Source: Waterburya sp. | GTDB taxonomy: Bacteria; Cyanobacteriota; Cyanobacteriia; Cyanobacteriales; Xenococcaceae | Reading direction: 5' to 3' | DNA length: 64,000 nucleotides | NCBI GenBank assembly: GCA_965217895.1 | Contig: CBDCJV010000002.1 | Location: 2,144,001 to 2,208,000 of the forward strand | Shown here: positions 1-10,096 of the stretch, one piece after another | How positions within the stretch are numbered: the first letter of the stretch is position 1 | How the letters are laid out: each line of letters opens with the position of its first letter | Program-made: the position numbers and the translations under genes | The notes under the pieces: generated by a model | What the model was told of the DNA's origin: nothing | Databases searched by the model: none | What the model saw: only the letters and a program-made list of their open reading frames with translations

Positions 1-208
1 CCATAGATAAGGATGTCAGATTTAGCAGCAATAGCCTTTTGGCAAACCAAGGAGACATCAATACGGTTCACTAACAAACTTAGTGTTTTGCACCTTGGTC
101 AAATAAAGAATATCAAGATCAGTTAAAATTCAACCTGGGGTAGTTAATGGACAATAAGCAATTGATAGTTAATTACCTTTTTTAACTTCAAACAGTAAAT
201 ACCTTTTA

Positions 209-1033
209 ATGATCTGGCCGTTTAACAAAACTAAAAAACAAATTGCGCGCATTGAAATCACTGGTGCGATCGCTTCAGAGACTCGTAAACACGTTCTTAA
301 AGCTTTTAAAACCATTGAGGAAAAGAAATTTCCAGCCCTGCTGTTACGCATCGATTCTCCTGGGGGGACAGTGGCAGATTCTCAAGAAATCTTTGCTGCC
401 CTTCAACGATTGCAGTCTGAAAAAGACGTTAAGGTTGTCGCTAGCTTTGGCAATATTTCAGCTTCAGGAGGAGTTTATATTGGCGTAGGTGCAAAGCACA
501 TTGTTTCTAATCCAGGCACAATCACAGGCAGCATTGGGGTAATTCTGCGCGGTAATAATTTAGAACGGTTATTGGACAAAGTAGGAGTTTCTTTTAAGGT
601 GATTAAATCTGGACCCTACAAAGATATTCTGGCGTTCGACCGCCAATTGACCAGGGAAGAAGAAGTTATTCTCCAACAGTTAATTGATGTTAGTTATAGT
701 CAGTTTGTCGCCACCGTAGCTAAAGGTCGTGGCTTAGACGAAGAGACAGTCAGAACCTTCGCTGATGGTCGAGTATTTACTGGTGAACAGGCTCTGGAAT
801 TAGGTTTGGTAGATCGCTTGGGTACAGAAGAAGATGCCCGACGTTGGGCAGCAGAATTAGTCGGGCTAGATTCTGAAAAAACCGAATGCTTTAATATCGA
901 AGAACCAAAACCGTTTATTAATCGCTTTATTCCTGGTAGAAGCCAAGCTAAGTCTGGCATTGGCATGGCGATAGATTCACTACAGTTCGATCTTACTACT
1001 AGTGGTTTACCTCTGTGGCTATATCGCCCCTAA
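209..1033 (+). CDS. sppA: Signal peptide peptidase SppA (short S49 type)
   Basis: LRIDSPGG, SASGGVY, TGSIGVI, KSGPYKD and ADGRVFTGEQA motifs of peptidase S49. Confidence 0.93.
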   Translation: MIWPFNKTKKQIARIEITGAIASETRKHVLKAFKTIEEKKFPALLLRIDSPGGTVADSQEIFAALQRLQSEKDVKVVASFGNISASGGVYIGVGAKHIVSNPGTITGSIGVILRGNNLERLLDKVGVSFKVIKSGPYKDILAFDRQLTREEEVILQQLIDVSYSQFVATVAKGRGLDEETVRTFADGRVFTGEQALELGLVDRLGTEEDARRWAAELVGLDSEKTECFNIEEPKPFINRFIPGRSQAKSGIGMAIDSLQFDLTTSGLPLWLYRP

Positions 1034-1100
1034 AACTAATTTCAAAAGCTAATAGCTAATAGCTACCTCAACAGACTAATCTTGTTAACCCGAACTTGGG

Positions 1101-2321
1101 TTACATAGCCTTAATTGCTGCTTCTATGGCGATCGCAATATGTGTCCAGTGCGTTCCTCCTTGACAAAAGGCAATATAAGGCTCGCGCAATGGACCATCG
1201 GCTGAGAACTCAGAAGTACTGCCATCTATAAATGTTCCTCCAGCCATTACTAATTTACTCTCATACCCAGGCATCTGGGCAGGAACAGGTTCTAGATAAG
1301 AATCTATAGGGGAGTGTTGTTGAATTGCTTTACAAAAGGCAATCAGCTTTTGAGGAGAACCTAATTGAACAGCTTGAATAATATCTCGACGAGTCACAAG
1401 CGGTAGAGGATTAACTGGATATCCGAGTTTATCAAACACGTAGGCAATTAAATGGCTACCCTTAACCGCTTCGCCTACCATTTGGGGTGCAAGAAACAAT
1501 CCTTGAAACATCAGTCGGTTTTGGTCTAAGGTTGCTCCTCCGCTGCTACCAATTCCTGGTGCGGTCAGACGACAAGTCGCTGCTTCGACTAGTTCTGCTT
1601 TTCCTGCTATGTATCCCCCCGCAGTTACGATAGTTCCTCCAGGATTTTTAATTAATGACCCTGCTATTAAATCTGCACCCACCGCCGTTGGTTCGATATC
1701 TGCCACAAATTCTCCATAACAGTTATCCACTAGGCAAACAGTATTTGAGTTTTGCTGTTTAACTAATTCAACTATTTTTTTGATTTCTTCAATCGATAAA
1801 CTCTCTCGCCAAGAATATCCGCAAGACCTTTGAATCAAAACTAGGCGAGTTTTCTTAGTAACGGCAGTGCTTAACCCTTCCCAATCTATCGTTCCTACTT
1901 CGGTTAAATTTAGTTGGCGATAGTCAATCTGAAAGTCTTTTAAAGAACCCTGATTGTTACCACGCAAACCGATTACTTCTTCTAGGGTATCGTAGGGCGC
2001 ACCAGCCACCGCTAGCATTTCATCACCTGGACGTAGCACGCCATATAGTCCGCAGGCAATCGCTTGAGTGCCAGAAACAAACTGAACTCGCACCGCAGCA
2101 GCTTCTGCATCCATAATTTGCGCAAAAACTTTGTCTAAAGTATCTCGCCCTAAATCATCGTGTCCGTAACCGCTAACGCTAGCAAAATGCTGCACTCCAA
2201 CTCGATGATCGCGAAAAGCTGACAAAACTTTTTTGAGATTTTCCTTGACCTGAGCGTCAATACCAGAAAAAATCGGTATTAGTGCTTTTTCTGCTTCTAG
2301 AAGCAGATTTTCAGTCTTCAT
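1101..2321 (-). CDS. Methionine gamma-lyase family / aluminium-resistance (YnbB-like) PLP enzyme
   Basis: SGYGHDDLGR, FVSGTQAI, DNCYGEF, GSLIKNPGG (PLP lysine) and MAGGTFIDGST motifs. Confidence 0.88.
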   Translation of the reverse strand: MKTENLLLEAEKALIPIFSGIDAQVKENLKKVLSAFRDHRVGVQHFASVSGYGHDDLGRDTLDKVFAQIMDAEAAAVRVQFVSGTQAIACGLYGVLRPGDEMLAVAGAPYDTLEEVIGLRGNNQGSLKDFQIDYRQLNLTEVGTIDWEGLSTAVTKKTRLVLIQRSCGYSWRESLSIEEIKKIVELVKQQNSNTVCLVDNCYGEFVADIEPTAVGADLIAGSLIKNPGGTIVTAGGYIAGKAELVEAATCRLTAPGIGSSGGATLDQNRLMFQGLFLAPQMVGEAVKGSHLIAYVFDKLGYPVNPLPLVTRRDIIQAVQLGSPQKLIAFCKAIQQHSPIDSYLEPVPAQMPGYESKLVMAGGTFIDGSTSEFSADGPLREPYIAFCQGGTHWTHIAIAIEAAIKAM

Positions 2322-2344
2322 ACAATTAAAAATTAAATTATTAA

Positions 2345-3172
2345 ATGACAGTTGCTACATCAGAAAAAATCCCACCCGCCTGGGGAACAATCATCTACAT
2401 GGGCATAATTCACTTTATGGCATTATTTGCCCTTGTTCCCAGCAATTTTAGCTGGGGGGCATTAGGAATAGCATTTTTGCTTTACTGTATTACCGCAGGA
2501 GTAGGTATAACTTTAGGATTTCATCGCCTTGTTGCCCATCGCAGCTTTGAAGTTCCCAAATTACTAGAATATATTTTAATTTTTTGTGGCACTTTAGCAG
2601 GTCAAGGCAGCCCTATAGATTGGATCGGCTTACATCGTATCCATCATCAATATTCTGACATGGATTTCGACCCTCATAACTCTCTCAAAGGTTTTTATTG
2701 GAGTCATCTGGGCTGGATGTTGTGCAAAAATCCCGCTAATGAAAAGATCGCTCGCTACACCAATGACATTTCAGGCGATCGCTTTTATCGATTTTGTCAC
2801 TATGGCATGATTCCAATTCAACTTGTCTTAGCTGCCTTGCTCTATTACTTAGGCGGTACTTCCTTTGTAGTTTGGGGTATATTTGTCCGCTTAGTTGTAG
2901 TCTTTCACTGCACTTGGTTTGTTAACAGTGCAACCCATAAATTTGGCTATAAAACCTATGACTCTGGAGATACTTCTCTAAACTGTTGGTGGGTAGCTTT
3001 ATTAACCTTTGGTGAAGGCTGGCACAATAATCATCATGCTTTTCAGTATTCGGCACGGCATGGTTTAAAGCGTTCGGAAATTGACCTAACCTGGATTATG
3101 ATCCAAACTCTAGCCTTTTTTGGTTTGGCGAAGAAGGTTAAACTACCGCCCAAAAAGGCTATTCGAGCCTAA
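2345..3172 (+). CDS. desC: Delta-9 acyl-lipid desaturase
   Basis: His boxes HRLVAH, HRIHH and HNNHH; WFVNSATH; transmembrane segments. Confidence 0.9.
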   Translation: MTVATSEKIPPAWGTIIYMGIIHFMALFALVPSNFSWGALGIAFLLYCITAGVGITLGFHRLVAHRSFEVPKLLEYILIFCGTLAGQGSPIDWIGLHRIHHQYSDMDFDPHNSLKGFYWSHLGWMLCKNPANEKIARYTNDISGDRFYRFCHYGMIPIQLVLAALLYYLGGTSFVVWGIFVRLVVVFHCTWFVNSATHKFGYKTYDSGDTSLNCWWVALLTFGEGWHNNHHAFQYSARHGLKRSEIDLTWIMIQTLAFFGLAKKVKLPPKKAIRA

Positions 3173-3180
3173 AATTATTA

Positions 3181-3215
3181 GCGATCGCCTGATACTAGTA
3201 ATATTAGGCGATCGC
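3181..3215. terminator. Hairpin bounded by two HIP1 sites between convergent genes; probable bidirectional terminator
   Basis: GCGATCGCCTGATA-ctagtaa-TATTAGGCGATCGC inverted repeat. Confidence 0.55.
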
Positions 3216-3250
3216 TTTGAAAATATACAAAAGTTGAGCTTTGTTTGAAG

Positions 3251-4777
3251 TTAGACTGCAACTTCGGCAGCTAATGTCTCCAGAGCAAGGTCACTGATAA
3301 GAGCCTGGCCTGCTTCAGTAGGATGAAGAGTATCAAAAAACAAGTATTCATCGGGATTAGCACCAACAGTTGGAGCCATTGTTATGGGGTCTAAGAAAGA
3401 TTCAGTAACGTTAGTCAAACCATATTCTTGAGGATTAGCCACAACATCATCAAATAAAGAATTTACGTCTACAACCGTAACATCAGCACCATTTAAAGTA
3501 TTTTCTAGCTCCTGGACAGTTGAGTCCAAAAGCGAATTATGAGTGTTAGATAATTGAGTCAATTCTTCTGGAGAGCGTCCAAGATTTGGGTTGTCAGCTT
3601 CAGGAATCGCTCCTAAATCTGGTAAATTGAATACCAAAAATTCACGCGCGCCCGAATCGTAAAGTGATTCTACCTCTGTTTCAATGTTATCAACTACTTG
3701 TTCGGGATTGGCATCAGTACCTAAATAGTCATTACTGCCCCCCCACAAAGTATAAAGAGCATTAGGATCTGCTGCTTGGTTAGCCTGTAAATGATCCTGT
3801 ACGAAAAAATCGACCTGTTTTTCCATTCCAGGAATCAAGCTACCTAATTCACCTGTACCGTTAGCTCCAGTAGTTGCCAAACCATAGGCAAAATTGACGC
3901 TTTGATTAGTTGTATTGCCATTGAAGAAAGGACTAACAGCAGGATTTCCTTCAACTACAGTAACTGGACTGAGAACGTCTGAACCTGGACTCACAACTGA
4001 CAACTCAGTAGCAGGAGTTAAGTCGATATTCAGTTCATCTGCTAGGTTATCAATCCAAATTTCCCCATTGGAAAAACGCCCTTCAAAGTAGGGGGGACTG
4101 GGGGGCAGTACAGGAATATCTAACCCCAATGATGCTGAAGTTTCTTGGACAGCAGTTGTGACATTGAAAATATTTCCTGTATCTACTAGGCTATCGCCAA
4201 AAGCATAAATCTTGCTATAGGTATTAGCTTGAGCAGGGTCAAAATCAATCCCTGTCACTGCACCACTACCAGTTAAATCAATATCCAGGCTGGCTACATT
4301 ATTAACATCAAAGTCTATTTCTTGAAAACTGTTATCACCTAAATTCTCAATTTCTACTGTTTCAATCGGGTTAGAATTGTCATCGTAAAACGTAATTGAA
4401 CTCCCAGGCTCGTCAATATCTAGTAACCCGATACTATTGACTGTAGCAACTTCATCAAGCTCAAGACTAATAGTTCCTCCTGCTGCATTGTCGTCAGGAT
4501 CGCTAGCGTTCCCATCCTCGGAAATAATTAGGACATTTCCTAAATCTGTAGCTGAAAGATCCCAATCCTCTCCTGTTATATTGTTGGTATCAAATAACAT
4601 TACCCCAAACTCAGAAGAGCTAGAAAATTCAACGCCATCAAACTGATCTGTAACGATAGTTCCCGCTGCCAAATTATTTTCGTCAAAGTTGACCAAATCC
4701 GATGCTTGCTCTGAGTTGGAATTTGAGCCGATTGGTTCTTCTGAAGTAACATTGAAGTCTGATATTGAATTCATCAT
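3251..4777 (-). CDS. SGNH/GDSL lipase-esterase with acidic N-terminal extra domain
   Basis: FGDSLVD, GRFSNG, GGSNDY and FFDTLHPT blocks; Asp/Asn-rich ~180-aa N-terminal region. Confidence 0.85.
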   Translation of the reverse strand: MMNSISDFNVTSEEPIGSNSNSEQASDLVNFDENNLAAGTIVTDQFDGVEFSSSSEFGVMLFDTNNITGEDWDLSATDLGNVLIISEDGNASDPDDNAAGGTISLELDEVATVNSIGLLDIDEPGSSITFYDDNSNPIETVEIENLGDNSFQEIDFDVNNVASLDIDLTGSGAVTGIDFDPAQANTYSKIYAFGDSLVDTGNIFNVTTAVQETSASLGLDIPVLPPSPPYFEGRFSNGEIWIDNLADELNIDLTPATELSVVSPGSDVLSPVTVVEGNPAVSPFFNGNTTNQSVNFAYGLATTGANGTGELGSLIPGMEKQVDFFVQDHLQANQAADPNALYTLWGGSNDYLGTDANPEQVVDNIETEVESLYDSGAREFLVFNLPDLGAIPEADNPNLGRSPEELTQLSNTHNSLLDSTVQELENTLNGADVTVVDVNSLFDDVVANPQEYGLTNVTESFLDPITMAPTVGANPDEYLFFDTLHPTEAGQALISDLALETLAAEVAV

Positions 4778-5000
4778 AAATATTTTTTATTTAGCAGTAT
4801 GATTTCGTATCTAATCAATAGACTTAATCATCACTTTTTAATAGCAATTACGGATATAATAATTGCTATTAAATACGCTCAATGTAAATTAAAGATAATT
4901 GTTTGAAATCTTTACCTGAGCTAAATATCGACATATTTATTAAACTCAAACACGGCTTGGTGCCTCAACTCTAAGGACTAAGAGCTAAAAACTAGTAAGT

Positions 5001-5105
5001 TAACCTGTGTTCGAGACAAGCTCAAACCATTGTTCTTTCCCTAGCTGAAAATATTATTACTCGGTAAAATTTTCTGCAAAATCGTCTCAACCCGAACTAA
5101 TGTTA
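5001..5105. mobile_element. Degenerate MITE-like element (AACCTNAGTTCGGG-type ends)
   Basis: Left end TAACCTGTGTTCGAG, right end CCCGAACTAATGTTA; a related end TTAACCCGAACTTGGGTTA lies at 1085-1103. Confidence 0.45.
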
Positions 5106-5687
5106 ATTAGAAACTTCTGCCATTTCGATCGTGCGATTTTCGAGATCTTTAACCAAAAAATTCAAAGGGCGATCGCGACGGATCTTATACTTCAAACGTC
5201 TTGACTGAACGCGCATTAATAAAGCTTCCAAACAATCACGGTCGAAGCATACATGACGCTGACGCTCTTTATAGCCACCGCTTGCACCCGCAATAACGTG
5301 GAGTTGAGTGTTTTTTCTCAGTTGATACCACAATCCTTCTGAGCCGTTTTGTTCTGTACTGGTAGGAGTCGCCGACATATATAAAGGATCTAGTCCGCTT
5401 GCTCCCATTGCCTGCTCATAATTGTAGTAATAGTGAAGTGGCACATCAGCAGCAGAAAGCTCCAGCAGCCCTTCATAAAATCTTTGGGCAGTTTGTAGAT
5501 CCGAAACCATTACCGTATATACTTTAGGCGCACTGCTGAGAAACATCCACATTGCTCCTGCATAAGCAACCAGAAGCATGACCATAACGCCTTGGGTAGA
5601 AAATAAACTATCTAAAGCAATTGGCGGTAAAAATGCACCAAGATAATTTGTCATTACTTTACCTGAAAAAACAATATTAGCTATCAT
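5103..5687 (-). CDS. Glyoxalase/VOC-like domain membrane-anchored protein (conserved cyanobacterial)
   Basis: N-terminal TM helix; VMVSDL..A..FY..LL, HVCFD and VKDLENRTIE VOC-type motifs. Confidence 0.7.
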   Translation of the reverse strand: MIANIVFSGKVMTNYLGAFLPPIALDSLFSTQGVMVMLLVAYAGAMWMFLSSAPKVYTVMVSDLQTAQRFYEGLLELSAADVPLHYYYNYEQAMGASGLDPLYMSATPTSTEQNGSEGLWYQLRKNTQLHVIAGASGGYKERQRHVCFDRDCLEALLMRVQSRRLKYKIRRDRPLNFLVKDLENRTIEMAEVSN

Positions 5688-5764
5688 TTTGAACCAAAAT
5701 CTTTTAAAACTTATTTTTTATAATCTGATTTAATAATTGTCAATTGTCCATTTTAAATTGTCAA

Positions 5765-6472
5765 TTATTGAGTCAAGCCATGTTGCAGGGCAAATCTCAC
5801 TAGTTCAGTACGGCTATTTGTACCTGTTTTGCCAAAAAGACGACTAACGTATTTTTCGACATTTCTGACGCTGGTTTGCAATTCCCTGGCAATTTCTTTA
5901 TTCATTAAACCTTTCGCCACCAGATCCAAAACACTTTGTTCCCTAGGGGTTAAATCGATTTTAATCGGTGGAGGAGTTACGGTAATTCCACCGCTTCCGC
6001 CTATTTTATCGTCTAGCTTAGCTTTAATCTCTACTAATTCTTTGGCAATTTTTTCTAGTTCAACGCTACTGTCACCACCGCCAGTATTTACTTTGGTTTT
6101 AGACAAGAGGTTTTTAACTATTGCTTCTAATTCCTCTGGATCAAAAGGCTTAGAAAGATAGGCATCACAGCCAGATTCATAACCCTGAATGCGATCGCTT
6201 GTCATGCCTCTGGCAGTTAGAAAAACAACAGGTATAGAACGATAGCGGGGATCTTCTCTAATCTTTGCCAAAAATTCATAGCCATTAACCTCTGGCATCA
6301 TAATATCGGAAATAATCAAGTCAGGAATCTGGGCTTCAATTGTTTGCCAGGCTTCTTCGGCATTACTGGCTACAGTTACTTTCCAGGCTTCATTATCTTC
6401 TAAATATGCTTGCACTGATTCTCTAATACCAGGCTCATCGTCTACAAGTAGCAATTGTTGTTTTTCTGACAT
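5765..6472 (-). CDS. ycf29: NarL/LuxR-family response regulator, Ycf29/Rre1 type
   Basis: Receiver domain (LVDD, DIMMP, KPF) and LTPREQSVL..GLMNKEIA..SVRNVEKYVSRLF.KTGTNSRTELVRFAL C-terminus. Confidence 0.8.
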   Translation of the reverse strand: MSEKQQLLLVDDEPGIRESVQAYLEDNEAWKVTVASNAEEAWQTIEAQIPDLIISDIMMPEVNGYEFLAKIREDPRYRSIPVVFLTARGMTSDRIQGYESGCDAYLSKPFDPEELEAIVKNLLSKTKVNTGGGDSSVELEKIAKELVEIKAKLDDKIGGSGGITVTPPPIKIDLTPREQSVLDLVAKGLMNKEIARELQTSVRNVEKYVSRLFGKTGTNSRTELVRFALQHGLTQ

Positions 6473-6777
6473 AGGTTTCTAAATTATGTATTTAGCCATA
6501 TAAAGTCCATGACTATATACATAATAAGACTTATAAGTAAAATTAGAAGCCACATAGCATAATTCCCCATCATTGTTGACAGGGAATTGAGGTATTAAGC
6601 GGTTGTTAGTTATTAACGATCTACTTTTAAAAAGACAATTGATCCTAAATTTGATTGGTAAAAGTATCTTAAATATTAAGTCTGTAGTTCGCCGTCATAA
6701 AAAACTACAAACGACTAACTACCTACTACCTACTACCTACAAGTCAAGTAACCGATACCAAGAGGATTTAGGTTGAT

Positions 6778-7875
6778 TTACTTGGCTTGAATTGTATCTA
6801 GCTTTGCCTGAACCTTCTGTACTACGTTAGCAGGTAAAGGAACATAGCCTAATTCTTTAGCATATTGTTGTCCGTCAGTTAGTGACCAGTTGATTACGTC
6901 CTTCAAACCTTGCAATTTATTAGGATCATCATAATTTTGATATGCCAAAATCCAAGTATAGGTAACAATGGGATAAGAACTTTCTCCTTCGGGATCGGTG
7001 ACAAAAGCCCGTAAATTTTCTGGCAGAGTTGTAGCACTTAAAGCTCCAGCAGCAGACTCATCAGAAGCGGTAACATATTTTCCCGATTTGTTTTCTAAAG
7101 TGGCAAAAGGAATATCCTGCTGTTTGGCATAACCATATTCAACGTAGCCAAGCGAGCCTTCGGTTTGCAGAATTTGAGCCGTTACCCCTTCATTTCCTTT
7201 GGCACCTATACCTGTAGGCCATTCTACGGTTTTACCGTCGCCAACTTTTTGTTCCCATTCAGGACTAATTGCGCTTAGATGTTTGGTAAATACTCCAGTA
7301 GTCCCACTACCGTCAGAACGATGAACTACGGTAATTTTGCTGTCGGGAAGCTTGGCATCAGGGTTAAGAGAGGCGATCGCGGGATCGTTCCATTTGGTAA
7401 TCTTACCCAGTAAAATATTTACATAATCTTGACGAGATAATTTTAATTGGGTCACATCTGGCAAATTATACGCTAGTACAATACTGCCAGCAGTCATAGG
7501 CAACAAAGCTACTCCTCGCTGTACCGCGGCAATTTCTTCATCGGTCATCGCCACGTCACTGGCACCAAAATCCACTGTTCCTTGACTAAACTGCTCAACT
7601 CCAGCACCACTACCAACAGACTGATAAGATACCTGAACATTAGGATTCTGCTTATTGTATTCAGAAAACCAGCGTTGATACAGAGGTGCAGGAAAACTCG
7701 CCCCCGCCCCTGTTAAGGATACGGACTGCCCTCCAGAATTGTTGCTATTAGCATCAGGGGTCGAATTAGTCGGCGGAGCTTGAGTTTGAGTACCACCACA
7801 AGATGTCAGACCTAAGGTAAGAGCTAATACGGGGACTAACCAAACTTTTCGCTTAAGAGAAACTGTAGAAATCAT
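6778..7875 (-). CDS. pstS: Phosphate ABC transporter substrate-binding lipoprotein
   Basis: Lipobox LTSC; GAGASFPAPLY, GSGAG, DFGASD, RSDGSGTT and YPIVTYTW motifs. Confidence 0.96.
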   Translation of the reverse strand: MISTVSLKRKVWLVPVLALTLGLTSCGGTQTQAPPTNSTPDANSNNSGGQSVSLTGAGASFPAPLYQRWFSEYNKQNPNVQVSYQSVGSGAGVEQFSQGTVDFGASDVAMTDEEIAAVQRGVALLPMTAGSIVLAYNLPDVTQLKLSRQDYVNILLGKITKWNDPAIASLNPDAKLPDSKITVVHRSDGSGTTGVFTKHLSAISPEWEQKVGDGKTVEWPTGIGAKGNEGVTAQILQTEGSLGYVEYGYAKQQDIPFATLENKSGKYVTASDESAAGALSATTLPENLRAFVTDPEGESSYPIVTYTWILAYQNYDDPNKLQGLKDVINWSLTDGQQYAKELGYVPLPANVVQKVQAKLDTIQAK

Positions 7876-8019
7876 ATATATTATATATTGTCTTGCTAAT
7901 TTATTCTGAGTAGTTTTAGATGAGTTAACAATCTGATTTGCTATTACTAGAGGAAAACAAGCGATAAATGCGCTTTTGTTTTCGTAGTTACATTAATTTA
8001 TCTTGTTTCTATTACTCAC

Positions 8020-8049
8020 AGATAAAGAAAAGGTTAACGAAAAATTAAC
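8020..8049 (-). promoter_or_regulatory. Pho box (SphR binding site) upstream of pstS
   Basis: Minus strand GTTAATTT-N3-GTTAACCT-N3-CTTTATCT: three (Py)TTAAPyPy(T/A)-like units at 11-bp period. Confidence 0.75.
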
Positions 8050-8072
8050 AAAAAATTATTTCAAGTAATAAA

Positions 8073-8103
8073 AAAGCAAGGTTGGATTTATCAACCTTGC
8101 TTT
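8073..8103 (-). terminator. Intrinsic terminator downstream of porin gene
   Basis: AAAGCAAGGTTG-gatttat-CAACCTTGCTTT stem with T tract on the minus strand. Confidence 0.8.
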
Positions 8104-8129
8104 ATATAAGTATTAATTAAATCAGTAGT

Positions 8130-9788
8130 CTAGAAACTGAAGTAACCACGTAGAACACCTGCATAGACAGTATCATTATTGGTGTTGCCGTTAGCGTTGA
8201 ATATTGCGTAAGCACCAGGGGTGATCGAAATATTATCGTTGAGCGGGAATTTGTACTGTGCCTCAACTAAATAGGATCTGTCAACGTCTCCGACGACACC
8301 GGCTGCTGTTGCGTCAGCATTAGTAGGAGCAAATCTAGGTACTTGACCACCAGCAAAAGATAGTTGAGAACCTTCTTTAACTAGGTCTAAGAAAGAAATG
8401 CTACCTTGCCAAGTCCAGAGTTCGCCAGATGGATTATTGCCGTTTCCAGGTGCTAATGCTGAGACATCGGAATAACCACCAAAACCAGCTAAGACAATTC
8501 TTTCACCCAGGTTGTAGCTAGCGTTGACACCAATATTATTAGAAGTGGTGCTAAGCCCAAGACCTCCGTTAAGTGCATTAAAAGGATTAGCTGCCAAATC
8601 ACTACCAGTACTGCCAGTTAAATTGACGCTATCAGCAGTTTGGAAACCGCGAAGATAACTTGCACTGACTTTTAAAGCGTCAAAAGGCGTAAAGTCTATT
8701 TGTCCACCTGCACTGTAGGAACCGTTAAATAAACCTTGTCCGTTAGTAGGATCTTCTGCATTATCTGTCAGATACAGCCCTGTAACCGCTATTTTATCGG
8801 GAACAATGTCAAGTTTGACACCAGCCCCAGCATTAGCAGTACTACGATAAATCAAAGGATTAAAGCGGTTGAAACGAGCTAGCGCACCATCACCACTGTT
8901 TTCTAGGGCAGGGTTGCCAGGATCGAAAACCTTATCCACTGACAAGCCAGTCGTTCCCACATAACCAGTAATTCTATCGTTAAAAAGAGGAAACCGGTAG
9001 GATAACTCACTAAGCTCAATATTGTTACCATTGTTGGATTCAAAATTGAGACGTGCTGAATCTGTGCCAGTTACATCACCATAATTAGGTACGTTGCCTG
9101 CTTCTAATCTAGCTCTCAAACGGTCTTTACCGTAGAAACTACTGTCAAAGTTTAAACGAATGCGATCGCTAAATGTAGTCTGTGTGCTATTACTAACGTC
9201 GTTGATCGCGTCAACTGTTCCACCATAGGCATCGGTAACAGCGAAGACTGCTTCAGCATTTAGCTTGGTGGTAGTAGAAAACTGGTTATCTTCTAAAGTA
9301 GCAGTACGGCTTTCAAGCTCATCCACTCTGCCACCGAGGGTAGCTAATTCTGCCTCGAACTCTTGTTGGAGACGATTGATAGTATCAAGGTCTTCTTGAC
9401 TAACCGATCCTTGAGAAGCAATCAAGCGTTCAATTTGGTTTAAGCAGGAGTTTAAACCAGCCGCAAACTCATAACGAGTCAGAGGCTGATTACCACGGAA
9501 AGTTTGATTAGGATAACCAGCAATACAGCCATAACGATCGACTAAACTACGTAAAGCTTCATAAGCCCAGTCTGTAGGCGATACGTCTCTTAATTGGTTG
9601 ACGTTAGTTACCTGAGATAAAGGCTGATCTTGACCTAATTTTTGATAGTTATTTATTTGTTCTAGAGTTTTGTTAACTCCTTCATCTTCAGCACCAGCAG
9701 TTTGCGCGCTAGCACCGCTAGCAGCAAATAAAGAAGCTGCGAATAAGAGAGGAGCGACTTTCAATGTTTGCCAAAATAATTTAATCAT
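8130..9788 (-). CDS. Cyanobacterial outer-membrane porin (SLH domain + OprB-type barrel, SomA/B family)
   Basis: Signal peptide, QVTNVNQLRDVSPTDWAYEALRSL SLH motif, NQFSTTTKL, C-terminal Phe. Confidence 0.93.
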   Translation of the reverse strand: MIKLFWQTLKVAPLLFAASLFAASGASAQTAGAEDEGVNKTLEQINNYQKLGQDQPLSQVTNVNQLRDVSPTDWAYEALRSLVDRYGCIAGYPNQTFRGNQPLTRYEFAAGLNSCLNQIERLIASQGSVSQEDLDTINRLQQEFEAELATLGGRVDELESRTATLEDNQFSTTTKLNAEAVFAVTDAYGGTVDAINDVSNSTQTTFSDRIRLNFDSSFYGKDRLRARLEAGNVPNYGDVTGTDSARLNFESNNGNNIELSELSYRFPLFNDRITGYVGTTGLSVDKVFDPGNPALENSGDGALARFNRFNPLIYRSTANAGAGVKLDIVPDKIAVTGLYLTDNAEDPTNGQGLFNGSYSAGGQIDFTPFDALKVSASYLRGFQTADSVNLTGSTGSDLAANPFNALNGGLGLSTTSNNIGVNASYNLGERIVLAGFGGYSDVSALAPGNGNNPSGELWTWQGSISFLDLVKEGSQLSFAGGQVPRFAPTNADATAAGVVGDVDRSYLVEAQYKFPLNDNISITPGAYAIFNANGNTNNDTVYAGVLRGYFSF

Positions 9789-9835
9789 TTATTATGTATC
9801 CTCACACACCTAAAATATGAATTAACTACAAAACC

Positions 9836-9849
9836 GTAGTATTAGTTAC
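9836..9849. promoter_or_regulatory. Putative NtcA site upstream of the porin ATG
   Basis: GTA-GTATTAGT-TAC(A), i.e. GTA-N8-TAC. Confidence 0.5.
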
Positions 9850-10021
9850 AACAAAGATTTTTATTCAATGGTAGCTAATATCCCAATAGTATAATCAACC
9901 CTTAACTGGATTAATTAAAACATGGTGACATTTTATTTTCCGCACACTAGAGAAAATATTCTTGATAAAATTTCTCTAGTTTTTCAAGTCATATTGATAC
10001 TATAGTAACAAGCTAATCACG

Positions 10022-10051
10022 TAGTTAAGATTCTGTAAAGCTTAAATTAAT
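10022..10051 (-). promoter_or_regulatory. Putative Pho box upstream of porin
   Basis: Minus strand ATTAATTT-N3-CTTTACAG-N3-CTTAACTA at 11-bp period, followed by a TATAGT -10-like hexamer near 10000. Confidence 0.6.
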
Positions 10052-10096
10052 ATCTACATAGACTCTAGCTAATAAAAATTTACAGGCTGTTGCAGC

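Noticed and set aside
1..60. Possible start of a minus-strand gene (MSPWFAKRLLLLNLTSLSM) running off the left edge
   Set aside because: Too short to support from this window alone
4945..5030. GTTCGA-containing segment considered as tRNA
   Set aside because: No cloverleaf could be built; better explained as a MITE end
6700..6745. Short tandem repeats considered as CRISPR
   Set aside because: Heptamer STRR-type tandems without spacers; no cas genes in the window
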